Origin: Octopus vulgaris
Taxonomy: Eukaryota
Length of the DNA stretch: 64,000 bases
NCBI GenBank assembly: GCA_951406725.2
Contig: OX597823.1
Span: 52,886,001-52,950,000 of the forward strand
Direction: 5' to 3'
How positions within the stretch are numbered: the stretch's first letter is position 1; each line of letters opens with the position of its first letter. The notes beneath the pieces are model-generated. The model ran no database searches. It worked only from the letters and a program-made list of their open reading frames with translations, and was not told where the DNA came from. The position numbers and the translations under genes are program-made. Positions 1-11,584 of this stretch are shown here, piece by piece.

Positions 1-14
1 TACAGAAAAGTATT

Positions 15-395
15 GGCACAGGATTAGCTGAGTGATAAAAAGCTTGTTTCCCAACCCCATGGATTCGGATTCAGTTCCACTGCATGGCACCTCGAGCAAG
101 TGTCTTCAACTATAGCCTCAGGCCGACCAAAGTCTTGTGAATGGATTTGGTAGACGGAAACTGAAAGATGTATGTCTATGAATATGTATGTGTGTCTTTG
201 TGTCTGTGTTTGTCCACCATCACTGATTGACAACGGTGTTGGGGTGCTTACGACCCCGTAACTTAGTGGCTCGACAAAAGAGACTGATAGAATAAGTATC
301 AGGCTTAAAAAAGAAAAGTACTGAGAAGATTCATTCGACTAGAAATTCTTGAAGGCGATACCCCAGCTTGGACGCAGTCTAATGACTAAATACGA
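15..395 (+). mobile_element. tRNA-derived SINE family A (CORE-like), diverged copy
   Basis: Head ...ggattcagttccactgcatggcacctcgagcaagtgtcttc, body gatttggtagacggaaactgaaag and tail cagtctaatgactaaa match the cleaner copy at 35111-35527. Confidence 0.8.
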
Positions 396-597
396 AAAAA
401 GATGTAATTGATACTACAAGATCTAATTTTTTTCAATCTTTCACCCCTGAATATCTTTTTTCTCTTTTTTTCCAGTCGATTCACGAAGAAAATGCAACGC
501 TGACTGCGGTGGTATTTGGAATCAGAAGACAGAAATCCGTATAAAGGCATCCTGTCGGATGCGTTAACGCCTCTGTCAATTTGCCACCCTGTATCTC

Positions 598-803
598 TTT
601 ACTCTTTTACTTGCTTCAGTCATTTGACTGTGGCCACGCTGGAGCACCGCCTTTAGTCGAGCAAATCGACCCCAGGACTTATTCTTTGGAAGCCTAGTAC
701 TTATTCTATCGGTGTCTTTTGCCGTACCGCTAAGTTACGGAGATGTAAACACACCAGCATCGGTTGTGAAGCGATGTTGGGGGGGGGACAAACATATACA
801 CAC

Positions 804-848
<45 letters not shown>

Positions 849-1005
849 CATTCGACGGGCTTCTTTCAGTTTCCCTCTATCAAATCCATTCGCAAAGCTT
901 TGGTCGGCCCGAGGCTATAGTAGAAGACACTTGCCCAAGGTGCCACGCAGCCGGAATGAACCCGGAACAATGTGGTTCGTAGCAAGCTACTTACCACACA
1001 GCCAT
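598..1005 (-). mobile_element. SINE family A, near full length
   Basis: Reverse complement of the family A pattern, with (ctctttta) tail repeats and an internal (TA)n/(CA)n tract. Confidence 0.9.
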
Positions 1006-1225
1006 GTCTACTTTTCACATAGACAGTTATCTTCTGTTCATTGTGCGTGTCTTCGTTTTCTTCGTTTAAATGCATCGATTTGAATGTCTACATATCTATT
1101 GAAACGATGGTATGTACACGTTTGTCTACGAATTCTCTTGAAGTGTTTTTTATGGGTATGCGTGCGCCTGTGTGCTAGCATATTTATTTGAACTCTAAGT
1201 TATGCATGCATATCTATCTCTCTAC

Positions 1226-1331
<106 letters not shown>

Positions 1332-2223
1332 CATGCCTGAAAATGTCTGTGTGCTCGTTGAGATATATGCCTGTATACGTTTATATGTCCCCTGGGACTC
1401 ATGCTGGCAGTTGATATGTTAATTTATTAAAGATCACTTTAACTTTATAACTAATTAGGCGCTAAATATTATATGAAGGGAAAATAGAAAGTGAAAAGGT
1501 AAAGGAAATCTGTGTTCTGTTGGGATTTCATTTTGCCTCTATTTGGATGTTGTTAAGTTGTAAGCATTTACCTACACGTCTTTAATAAAAACATATGGAT
1601 GAAAAAAAAAAACAACTCAGATCTCCTCGATATAAGTATTAGAGCCAACGTTTAGAAATTTCGAACGTAATTAGAAAATGCATTTTAAAGTTGCTGCATG
1701 ATAAGCTCCGCACCATCGACGGAGGAGTTTATAGTAACGACGGTTTATTAATTTTTAGACATAAAAAAACAGGGAGTAGAAAGACATAACCAAATTAGTC
1801 AATGGCTTGAGCCTAAAGGGTACAGTAATCAATAACATCAAGTGCTAACTTTTTTGATGTACCATCCAAACTTTCTAAGAAAAATTTCGAAATGACTATT
1901 AAAACAAACAACTAAATCTTGTATTGAGAGAATGATTCAAACTACTCACCGCATGTTCAAGATATCAATTTGCTGTTTAGCGCGCAACTGGTAACATGTA
2001 AACCCTAACAACATGTAGCCTGTTCGGGCCGTCGGTGACTAAACTGAAAACACCACCAGGTTTACTTGGTGAGTACGGTGGTCTTCGTACACTATGAAGG
2101 ATGAAAAATAAGATACCTCAAAGGATGGATGAATGCAGAAGAGTCAACGATCATCCAATAAGGTGATGATAGATCGTTAGAGACTAAACCTTTTTTTAAT
2201 TTTCTCTCCCTATTTCTGTGTTC

Positions 2224-2259
2224 CTTTCTGTCGAAGAGCGTAGGCTCGAAACGTAAAAG
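2224..2259 (+). ncRNA. Minimal type-I hammerhead ribozyme, family 2 (PLE-terminus type), variant core
   Basis: cttt-CTGTCGA-A-GAGC-gtag-GCTC-GAAA-CG-TA-aaag: stem I cttt/aaag, stem II GAGC/GCTC, GAAA, ACGT palindromic stem III, GUA cleavage triplet. Confidence 0.6.
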
Positions 2260-2486
2260 ACTTTCTCACTCAGCTGGAAAAATGGGTAGTGCTTGTATGT
2301 CAAAGGGCCAATAGTTCACCCAAAGAACTACGTTAAGGTATGTGGGTTCGCTAACTGGAACACTCGTCGACGTAACAGATGGATTGCCAATGTCTATATA
2401 TAATGTATACGTATAATTTATATATATATATATATATATATTGCATATATATATATATAAGTATATATGTATGTATGTATGTATGT

Positions 2487-2487
<1 letters not shown>

Positions 2488-2572
<85 letters not shown>
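2488..2572. repeat. (GATA)n microsatellite
   Basis: Direct reading. Confidence 0.95.
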
Positions 2573-2573
<1 letters not shown>

Positions 2574-2892
2574 TGTGTATGCGTATATATGTATTATGCA
2601 TGTGCGATATTTGTGAGGACTTAGGAATTTCTGGTTTGGAACCAACGTGTGCAACTACCCTACAAATGTAGTCGGTCTCTATACCGTGGCGAAGGCCCCT
2701 AATCCAACTGGAAAACTTTAATGGACAACTTGAAGTATATTGCTCATTAAGTTTGCTCTAAGTTTCTGATATCAGTATTTTTATAAGCCTTCACCAGTTA
2801 AAAATGTGTAGGTACTTTAACAGCAATATAAAGCTGTTGGATCCTCATACGTTGAGAGCAATAGGAGTATCCACGCTATATACACGAGTGTG

Positions 2893-3200
2893 TGGAGACA
2901 CATGGCTTAGTGGTTAGAGCAGCGGTTTCGCGGTCGAAGGATCTCGGGTTCGAATCTCAGACCGGGCGATGTGTGTGTTTGTGAGCGAAAACACCTAAGC
3001 TCCACGCGGCTCCGGCAGAAGGTAATGGCGAACTTCTGCTTACTCTTTCGCCACAACTTTCTCTCACTCTTTCCTCCTGCATCTTGCAGCTCACCTGCGA
3101 CGGACCGGCGTCGCGTTCAGGTGGGGACCCTATACGCCAAGAAACCGGGAAACCGGCCCTTATGAGCTAGGCATTGGCTAGAAAAGGAACAAACAAACAA
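2893..3200 (+). mobile_element. tRNA(Arg)-like SINE family C
   Basis: A box tggcttagtgg, B box ggttcgaatctc, (aaac)n tail; head shared with 27310-27430, 37987-38215 and 52798-53131. Confidence 0.8.
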
Positions 3201-3208
3201 ATAAACAC

Positions 3209-3240
<32 letters not shown>

Positions 3241-3302
3241 ATAATAACGAAGACTGTTATATACGCCATTATCACCGATATACAAATTTATGATGTCTTG
3301 TA

Positions 3303-3538
3303 AGTAAAGTAAAGTTACCTTCTCATCTGGGCCAGTTTCCTGGTCTGCATAGCATATAGGTTCCCTACCTGGACGGGATGCCGGTCCATCATCGGATTAC
3401 TCGTTTTTGCCAGATGAGTGGACTGGAGCAACGGTCAAATGAAGTGCTTTGCTCAAAAACACAACGCATCATTCGGTCCAAGAATCGAAACCACAATCTT
3501 ACAGTCATGAGTCCAGCATCCTAACCACTAGGCCACAC
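3303..3538 (-). mobile_element. tRNA-derived SINE (C-type head, CORE-like body)
   Basis: Minus strand: tggcctagtggttagg...gtttcgattc head, gtgtttttgagcaaagcacttc body, gatggaccggcatcccgtccagg segment. Confidence 0.7.
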
Positions 3539-3779
3539 GTACACGCACATACGCACACGCACGCACACACACACACACACACACATATGAACGTATACCT
3601 ACGTATATGTATGTACGCACGCATGAACGTACGTACAGGGCAGTGGTTCTCAAACTTTTAGAAGTCGTGGCTCACTTGAAGCCTTACAAAAACTGCGGGC
3701 ACGCTACACAGAAAATGTTAAGAAATATAATATGCAAAATATAAAGAAATACAGAAATAACCGAAAAAAGAGTATATAC

Positions 3780-4183
3780 TCTTACTCTTTACTCTTTTAC
3801 ATGTTTCAGTCATTTGACTGCGGCCATGCTGGAGCACCGCCTTTAGTCGAACAAATCGACCCCGGAACTTATTCTTTGTAAGCCCAGTACTTATTCTATC
3901 GGTCTCTTTTGCCGAACCGCTAAGTGACGGGGATGTAAACACACCAGCATCGGTTGTCAAGCAATGCTAGGGGTACAAACACAGACACACAAACACATAC
4001 ACATACATACATATACATATATATACATATATACGACAGGCTTCTTTCAGTTTCTGTCTACCAAATCCACTCACAAGGCATTGGTCGGCCCGAGGCTGTA
4101 GCAGAAGATGCCACGCAGTGGGACTGAACCCGGAACCATGTGGTTGGTTAGCAAGCTACTTACCACACAGCCACTCCTGCGCC
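3780..4183 (-). mobile_element. SINE family A nested in the hAT element
   Basis: Near-complete family A copy between the transposase 3' end and the TIR. Confidence 0.9.
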
Positions 4184-4199
4184 TATTTATCATCTATTT

Positions 4200-6007
4200 T
4201 GCGCTGGTAAGAAGTATGAGCCGGGCGTGTCTTGGCAATTTCTTCAATGTTGGGATATATGTATGATAAGCAAACTCATTTCCTCGTCATTAGACTGAAG
4301 ATTTGTTCTCTGTTTGCATTTGATGGTAGTGATGATGGAAAATCCTAATTCGCATAAATCTGATGTTAAAAATTGCAATAATATGGCTAAGGCTTTTCTT
4401 CTTTTTTTGTGGCGGGGGAAAGGATATTGACTGGTATTCTTCTCTGATTGAAATCCAAATCTTTTTTGAAGACTAGATTCGTTATATTTAATCTTCAATC
4501 CACCATCAGCGGGTATAGCTGCTAAGTCTTCTTGTCCGGTTATTGTTAAACTAGCATCATTTGAAAAATCTATGAATGGATTTAGAATCCAAGCGTATTG
4601 TTCAGTTTTAAGTGATGGAAAATAATAATTTATCTTCCAAATTTGTCAAATGTTCAAGTATTAATGAGAAGATATCATTTATAGAAGTTCTACTTATCAA
4701 AGGAAACATTTTTAAATTACTCTCAGAAGCTCTTTTCTTCCAGATAAGTTGTTTTTTCTTGAAACGCTTTCATTTTATCAGTAGATGTCAAAATATTTTC
4801 TTCATTTCCTTGCATGTTAGTATTCAAAATACTGAGGTGCTGGAACATATCAACCAAGTACACTAATCGCCAATCCAAAATTTACATCGCAGGAACTCAC
4901 AAAACTGGTTTTGTTCCATTTCTTCAAAAAATTTCGGGAGCCCTGGTAGCTCAGATACATGATTAAGTACTTTCCCATTTGAAAGCTACCTCACCGCTGT
5001 GTGCAAAAGCAGGCGTCTGTGCTGTGAATCCATATCGATACAAAACTGCTCGAATAATCGTGACTTTACTGGTCTAGTTATTATGTAATTTACAATCTCA
5101 ACAGCTGGATTCAAAACTTCTCTTAATTTGTCTCCTAATGATTTTGCTATCAATGCTTGTCTATGTGAGTTATGACGACATTTTCATTTTGCTTTTTCAC
5201 AAAGGTTGTAAGGCCCTTAAGCGCCATCTGTACAAATGCCGACACACGACTTCCATGATATTTGCCATTTGCACAGGTAATTATTCAAAATGTTGAAAAC
5301 ATCTTCGCCCTTTGTAGTCGCACTTAATTCTTTGCAAAAATGAAATTGATTTACAATTTGATCCTCATCAATAAAACGAATAAATGCTAAGAGCTACGCT
5401 TTGTTGGCATTGTCTGTTGACTCATCAATTTGTGATGCAAAATCTGAATACTGAAGCTTATTACTACAAACCTTTTTTCTCGATATTAGATGAAATTTCC
5501 AGAATACATCTGTGGACAGTATCGTTGAGTAGAGAGATCTTATTTCTTTCTTTTGCTGCTTCATTTCCCAGCATTGTCTTCACAATCTTCTTACATGCAG
5601 GCAGTGTGAGATTTCATATTTTGTGCTATCAGTTCTGAGACCTCGTAAGAAATGATTTGAGCTTTTTCAGAAATCGTCATTATACTTTCGAAAGAGTTTC
5701 CTGCTATTATCTGCTGTTCTTACAATCTTTTGAAATAACTTATAGATTTACCGTGTAAATGAGAAAGCTTGCCTTTAAAATGCTTGCTCGGTTTACTAGG
5801 AACCAATGGTTCGTTTGACGTTTTACATCCACATATTAAACATAGCAGCAAAGGATCATTAATGTTTCCAGTCCTATGTAAACAAAATACTAAATAACTT
5901 TCGTTGTATTTGTGAGTAGACCACGTTTTGGCTCCTTACTGGAACTGTTTCCGCTGCGTTCACTTCCAGAATAACATTCACGTTTCTGTTTTAAGAAATC
6001 TATCCAT
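4200..6007 (-). pseudogene. hAT transposase pseudogene (ZBED5/SCAND3/Buster-like)
   Basis: Starts MDRFLKQK; BED-like PLLLCLICG segment; DESTD catalytic motif (~5410-5425); CTDGA (~5222-5240); C-terminal LLQFLTSDLCELGFS dimerisation motif; many stops and frameshifts. Confidence 0.85.
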
Positions 6008-6986
6008 TTGTATGGGTGTATTATTGTATATTTATCTGAAACTTTTATCTATCGTTTACTTATAATGGGCTAAAATTCCATAAAGTATTAAAGTTTTAGA
6101 TGGGTAGATAGATATATCAGTGACAAGAATACGTATCACGAAAAAACGTTGCACTATTTATCAAAACACTTCCTCTTGCAGAACCTATTACCGCTACTGT
6201 CACCGCTACGCAGCAGCCGTGCTTGCTCATTAGTACAAAACACGTTTGAACAAGTTTACAACGTGTATAAAACCTTCTTCCGGGCGACTGGATCTTCCTT
6301 GTTGGATATCTTTCCGCTCTTAACATAATAATAATGATCTGCTGTAAAGAACATTTCAATGCTGAAGTGAGAATATAATGTAATGTAAATTCATTTTTTC
6401 TCATCACAAATATCTACCTAGATCCTAGAATTTTGTGGGGCACACCGAATCATGTCTCTGGGCACACCAGTGTGCCAGAGCACATCCTTTGAGAACCATC
6501 GGTATTGGGCTACTATCGGTAAAAGTGGATCATGCATTTGTATTTGCATTTGCAAACCTGGGCAAGAAATATTTTTGTTTTAGAAAAACAGGCAGCTGTC
6601 TATGCATGCAAGTCTCCTGTAACCCACGACACTGGCGTATATCTAAGGACAAAAGGCCGCGGATCAGAGCTGACACGGCTTCGCACCAATGTCTTTGAAG
6701 GTGTTACTGTCAGACTGTGAACATTTGGAAGAGACATCACAGGGCACCTTGCTCAACTTTTTGATATTTCTGCCAATATACAGTTCTGCAATTGGGATTT
6801 TTTTCTATTTAACGACCACCCCACGAATGCATGAAAAATATATTTGACTAGATGGGACTATGAATAACAGCACAGAGAATTGAAACAAGTGTTAAGTAGC
6901 ATTCTGTTCCATTCTACAAATTCACAAATAGGCGCGTGGCTTATTGGTAATGTATATAATGTATATATAATACGTAAATAGAATGC

Positions 6987-7060
<74 letters not shown>

Positions 7061-7063
<3 letters not shown>

Positions 7064-7436
7064 AGTGGCTGTGTGGTAAATAGCTTGCTTACCAACCACA
7101 TGAGCAAGTCTCTTCTACTCTAGCCTCAGGCCAACCAAAGCTTTATGAGTGGATTTGGTAGACGGAAACTGAAAGAAGCCTGTCGTATATATGTATATAT
7201 ATATATGTATGTATGTGTGTGTATATGCTTGTGTGTCTGTGTTTGTCCCCCCAACATCGATTGACAACCGATGCTGGTGTGTTTAGGTCCCCGTAACTTA
7301 TCGGTTCGGCAAAAGATACCGATAGAATAAGTACTAGGCTTACAAAGAATAAGTCCTGGGGTAAATTTGCTCGACTAAAGGTGGTACTCCAGTATGGCTA
7401 CAGTCAAATGACTGAAACAAGTAAAAGAGTAAAAGA
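7061..7436 (+). mobile_element. SINE family A with small deletion in the head
   Basis: ggagtggctgtgtggtaa head through aagtaaaagagtaaaaga tail. Confidence 0.9.
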
Positions 7437-7443
7437 ATATATA

Positions 7444-10400
7444 TCTCTTATGATAAAAGGCAGATTTTCTCTGCCTGTTCCCATGTTCCTTTTTAATACA
7501 ATTCTACAATATAGAATTTTTTCAATTGGAATTTACCTATGATTTTTCCAAGTAGATTCGATTGGGTCATGGCATGTAAAGTTTTTTCAATTTGACCCCC
7601 AATTAAGCAAAAATTCGAGAAAACTCAATATTTTACGATTTGCCTCTCTCATTTCAAGTGCTTCACTCCTTCCATTACCACCACACTTTCTCCTACTTTC
7701 TCTTTGCAAGTGTGCAACAATTAAAGTGAAAGTATTTATATAACAGGGATGAACCATTAATACTGGTCATCCTTTTTGCTAGAGGAAGATACGCTATGGT
7801 TTTATATGCTACACCACTGGTTTTCAATTCATATTAATCAAATTAATATTCAATTTTTCACCCTTATTATGTGTGTGTGTGTGTGTATTAGCAATTCGTA
7901 AATTAAAAGGTTTGTTGTTATATTATTACTGTGACTTGTAATCATTTGTTGGTTCCTCGTCAGGGAAACGTTGTTGTGTTGCATTTGTTAAATAATTGTA
8001 AACCGTAACCCTACCCCTTTCGGAGAAGGGGCTTTGGTTATTGCTTAAAAATTGAATTGTGTCCCTGTTTGGGGAAATTGACAATATTTTCACCGTCTTT
8101 ACGGAAGCATTTTTGTTAAAATGCCTTCGATAGAAGAAAGTCCAAAAATGAATTTCGCTGCAGCCGTACACTTCTATACAAGAGGGAGGACAAGATCCAA
8201 TTGATCGAAATTGCAAAGACAGGCCTACAATTCCAGTCTGTTATATATTTTGAGTATTGTTATCACTAGCGATATCAAGATATAACTTTGTATTTTGTAT
8301 TTTATGTGTAGATGTATATATATATATAGATGTACATGTAATATGTACACATATATATATATACATATATACATGCATAATATATCTACCCCTACACACA
8401 TACGCACACACATACATACATAGGGGCAGGTGTGGCTGTGTGGTAACAAACTACGTTCGAAGATACTGTACTTGATATGGGCGGTAGTGCCTTGCCGGTC
8501 TATGGCCTACCTTCAACAAACCGGGAAGGCACAAACACTCTGTTTTCACATTTGCTGCGTGAGACATGTTTTAATGTTGACGAGCTTGCCGAGTACATAG
8601 CCGACAATGAGCCAAAGCTCCTTCCAGAACAGAAGTTCACTTACAACTCCGTTGTTAATTCAGTCCGGGCCAAAGCTGGGGAGATTTTTTTCCTGGACGC
8701 TCCTGGGGGCACTGGGAAAACTTTTGTCAACAAATTAATATTGGCTGAGATTAGGCGAACACAAGGCACTGCCCTAGCTACGACATCATCTGGAATTGCG
8801 GCTACTTTGTTGCCAGGCGGCAGGAGAGCTCACTCCACTTTCAAGCTCCTGCTTCTCTTAGCGAAGACTGAGACACCAACTTGCAACATCAGTAACAGCT
8901 CCGATCACACAGAAGTCTTCAGACGATGCAAGCTTATCGTTTGGGATGAATGCACGATGGCCCACAGAGGTGCTCTTGAGGCACTAGATAGATCTCTCAG
9001 AGACATCAAACACTCTTCAGCTCCCATGGGAGGCATAACACTTCTTCTTTCAGGGGACTTCCGACAAACACTTTCCGTTATTCCCAAAGGGACTAGAGCT
9101 GATGCAGTAAGTGCGTGTCTTAAGTCATCCACATTGTGGCCACTGGTGAAGACTCTCAAACTTCACACCAATATGCGTGCTCATATGCGACGTGATATCA
9201 CATCAGCAGCATTTTCTCACACCCTCCATGCACTTGGCGAAGGAAAAATACCAGGGGATGAAAATGGTAATATTGCCATCGATTCCATTTGTACCATTGT
9301 TAAAACGCCTTCTGATCTCAGAGATGCAGTGTTCCCAGATCTACAAGCTAATTATCAGAATATGGATTGGATTGGCCAAAGGGCTATTCTGGCCCCGAGG
9401 AATAAAACTGTTCACCATATTAATGATGAAATGCTAAAACTCATTCCTGGGGATGTCTATGTATATAAGTCTATCGATACAACTCCTGACCCAGAGGACG
9501 TCATCAACTATCCAATTGAGGTACTCAATTCCTTTGAGCCTCCCGGACTACCACCACACTTTCTCAAACTTAAAGTTGGTGCCCCTATAATGCTCATTAG
9601 AAATTTGTTTCCCCCAAAACAATGCAATGGCACACGTTTGATCGTTAAGTCCTTATCTCCCCATCTGATTGAGGCCACCATTATCACAGGGTGCGGTCGA
9701 GGCAACGTTGTGCTCATTCCTAGGATGCATCTTTTCCCGTCAGAAGCAGACCTACCTTTCATATTTCGGAGGTCCCAGTTCCCAGTAAGGCCATGTTTCG
9801 CAATGTCAATTAACAAAGCGCAGGGTCAAACACTGTCTGTGGCGGGAATACATTTGGGAGAGCCATGTTTCTCTAATGGTCAGCTTTATGTTGCCTGCTC
9901 GCGTGTCGGCAGCAACAGTGATGCTTTCGCATTCGTTCCACAACGAAAAACAAAAAACATTGTGTATAAGGAGGTTTTATAGGATTACTATGTTTCATCA
10001 TTTTCGAACACGTTACTATTTCACTTACATACGACTCTCTTTTATGATGGCATTTACATTTTTAGGCGTTTCATGACATTAATTCACACTTAACCAACAC
10101 CTGTCCTTCGCTCACCTCTATTTCTATCCATTCATCATCAAACCACCGACCTCATCTTCTATATCCAACGTACATGACACATCTACACTCTCACTGTTAA
10201 AGTTTACATAAGCGACAACACGATCGCAACATAAACTTTGGAAACTAAGCAACAGATCATTTTATACAACAACCAATTTACTCATAACGCCCATCAATGA
10301 AAACATCTCTACCACTGTGTTGTGATTCATCTATTCAGCACCACTACAGTCTTGCCAGTCTGACATATGGTGAGTAGATGCTATTGTTCTATATTTTATA

Positions 10401-10808
10401 AATTACCCATATTTACTTACCCATGCTTCCTTCCCCTCTTGCCTACATAGGGCATCCATTCTCTTTTAACAGCATGAGGTTTTGTAACAGCGCATCCGCT
10501 GCCGTTCGTGGAAAACGAAGAGGCCCTATTCACCTGCGAACGTTTTACACCGCCTTCCACGACTATCAAATTCTTACAATTTTGAGAACAATAACATGGC
10601 TCTTTTCAAGGCAACCTTGCATTCAATTCTTACACCATTCTACGAGGGGGTAGGAACCCCTTTACACGGCTTTCTATACACTTACAAATACAATCATTCG
10701 CTGTAAACGTATATCAATATTTGCCTGAATAATCATCATAATTCAGTGCAATCATTAACAGTACTTTCAAGCAATTCAGCCCCGAGCATCGCCGGGCAAT
10801 TCTGCTAG
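7444..10808 (+). mobile_element. Helitron, internally deleted (Rep domain missing)
   Basis: 5' TC preceded by A (7443); 3' hairpin cccgagcatcgccggg (10781-10796), CTAG (10805-10808) followed by T; encloses the helicase ORF. Confidence 0.8.
8477..9982 (+). CDS. Helitron PIF1-like SF1B helicase (C-terminal part of RepHel), 501 aa
   Basis: Walker A DAPGGTGKT, IVWDECTM, GDFRQ, RAILAP, CNGTRL, FAMSINKAQGQT, GQLYVACSRV and the typical Helitron end KTKNIVYKEVL; probably a pseudogenised remnant. Confidence 0.9.
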   Translation: MGGSALPVYGLPSTNREGTNTLFSHLLRETCFNVDELAEYIADNEPKLLPEQKFTYNSVVNSVRAKAGEIFFLDAPGGTGKTFVNKLILAEIRRTQGTALATTSSGIAATLLPGGRRAHSTFKLLLLLAKTETPTCNISNSSDHTEVFRRCKLIVWDECTMAHRGALEALDRSLRDIKHSSAPMGGITLLLSGDFRQTLSVIPKGTRADAVSACLKSSTLWPLVKTLKLHTNMRAHMRRDITSAAFSHTLHALGEGKIPGDENGNIAIDSICTIVKTPSDLRDAVFPDLQANYQNMDWIGQRAILAPRNKTVHHINDEMLKLIPGDVYVYKSIDTTPDPEDVINYPIEVLNSFEPPGLPPHFLKLKVGAPIMLIRNLFPPKQCNGTRLIVKSLSPHLIEATIITGCGRGNVVLIPRMHLFPSEADLPFIFRRSQFPVRPCFAMSINKAQGQTLSVAGIHLGEPCFSNGQLYVACSRVGSNSDAFAFVPQRKTKNIVYKEVL

Positions 10809-10814
10809 TATATA

Positions 10815-10866
<52 letters not shown>

Positions 10867-10912
10867 ATATATATATATATACATATATATATATACATAC
10901 ATATATATATAT

Positions 10913-10964
<52 letters not shown>

Positions 10965-10989
10965 CATACATATTGTTGACGTCATAAGA

Positions 10990-11480
10990 ATCTTATAAAC
11001 TTTTGAGAGAACTTAAAATAATTCTTTGTGATCTTAGCTCGCCTTTTATGTGCCCATCGCATTGTGTACACTGTGTGGAGTTTCTGTTCAGTCCTCTGCG
11101 TATCGGCAACGGACATTTCCCTGATGGCAACAGCGTCCAACTAACTTTTCTACTTACTAAAATGTTCGTCTTCATGAAGTTTATCCTTAAGGTTCTCGAT
11201 TCTAAGCTTCGCTTCAACTTCTGGAACTTCTCTTTCGAGTCTAGCACAAACTCTGCTACGTCATTAGAATATAGGAATACTGATGGAGTGCCGGTTTTTA
11301 ACTCGCTTGTTGCAAAGTGGAGAACTCTAATAGGGGGCTGAGAACTGAGCCTTAGTAAACACGTAACTGCATTCCTGCCTAAACTCGCAGCCAATCATCA
11401 CTTGGCTGACTGCACCCCAATACATGGCTGTCTCCGCTTCCACCAACCATGTATTTTTTTCACAATTCACCAAATCTTAG
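10990..11480 (-). pseudogene. RTE-like LINE reverse transcriptase fragment
   Basis: FLYSNDVAE (degenerate YADD) ...LKRSLESRTLRINFMKTNILVS...KCP...QCTQC. Confidence 0.65.
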
Positions 11481-11493
11481 CACCATGAAACCG

Positions 11494-11584
11494 GTTACAA
11501 AGAGTAAGTCCTGGGGTCGATTTGTTCGACTAAAGGCGGTACTCTAGCATGGCTGCAGTCCAATGACTAAAACAAGTAAAAGAG
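11494..11584 (+). mobile_element. SINE family A 3' fragment
   Basis: taagtcctggggtcgatttgttcgactaaaggcggt...aacaagtaaaagag. Confidence 0.85.

Larger units (their letters stand above)
3641..6501 (-). mobile_element. Decayed hAT (Buster/Charlie-like) DNA transposon
   Basis: TIRs cagtggttctcaaa (3641) and tttgagaaccatcg (6488-6501); flanking 8-mers gtacaggg / gtattggg match 6/8 (degenerate TSD). Confidence 0.85.

Noticed and set aside
712-1083. Recurrent ORFs with [26 protein letters not shown]
   Set aside because: These are translations of SINE family A, not a protein family
2893-2968. Genuine tRNA-Arg gene
   Set aside because: It continues into a SINE body and tail, and diverged copies occur elsewhere in the window
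8477-9982. Host PIF1 gene
   Set aside because: Intronless, has the Helitron-type C-terminus and lies within Helitron termini
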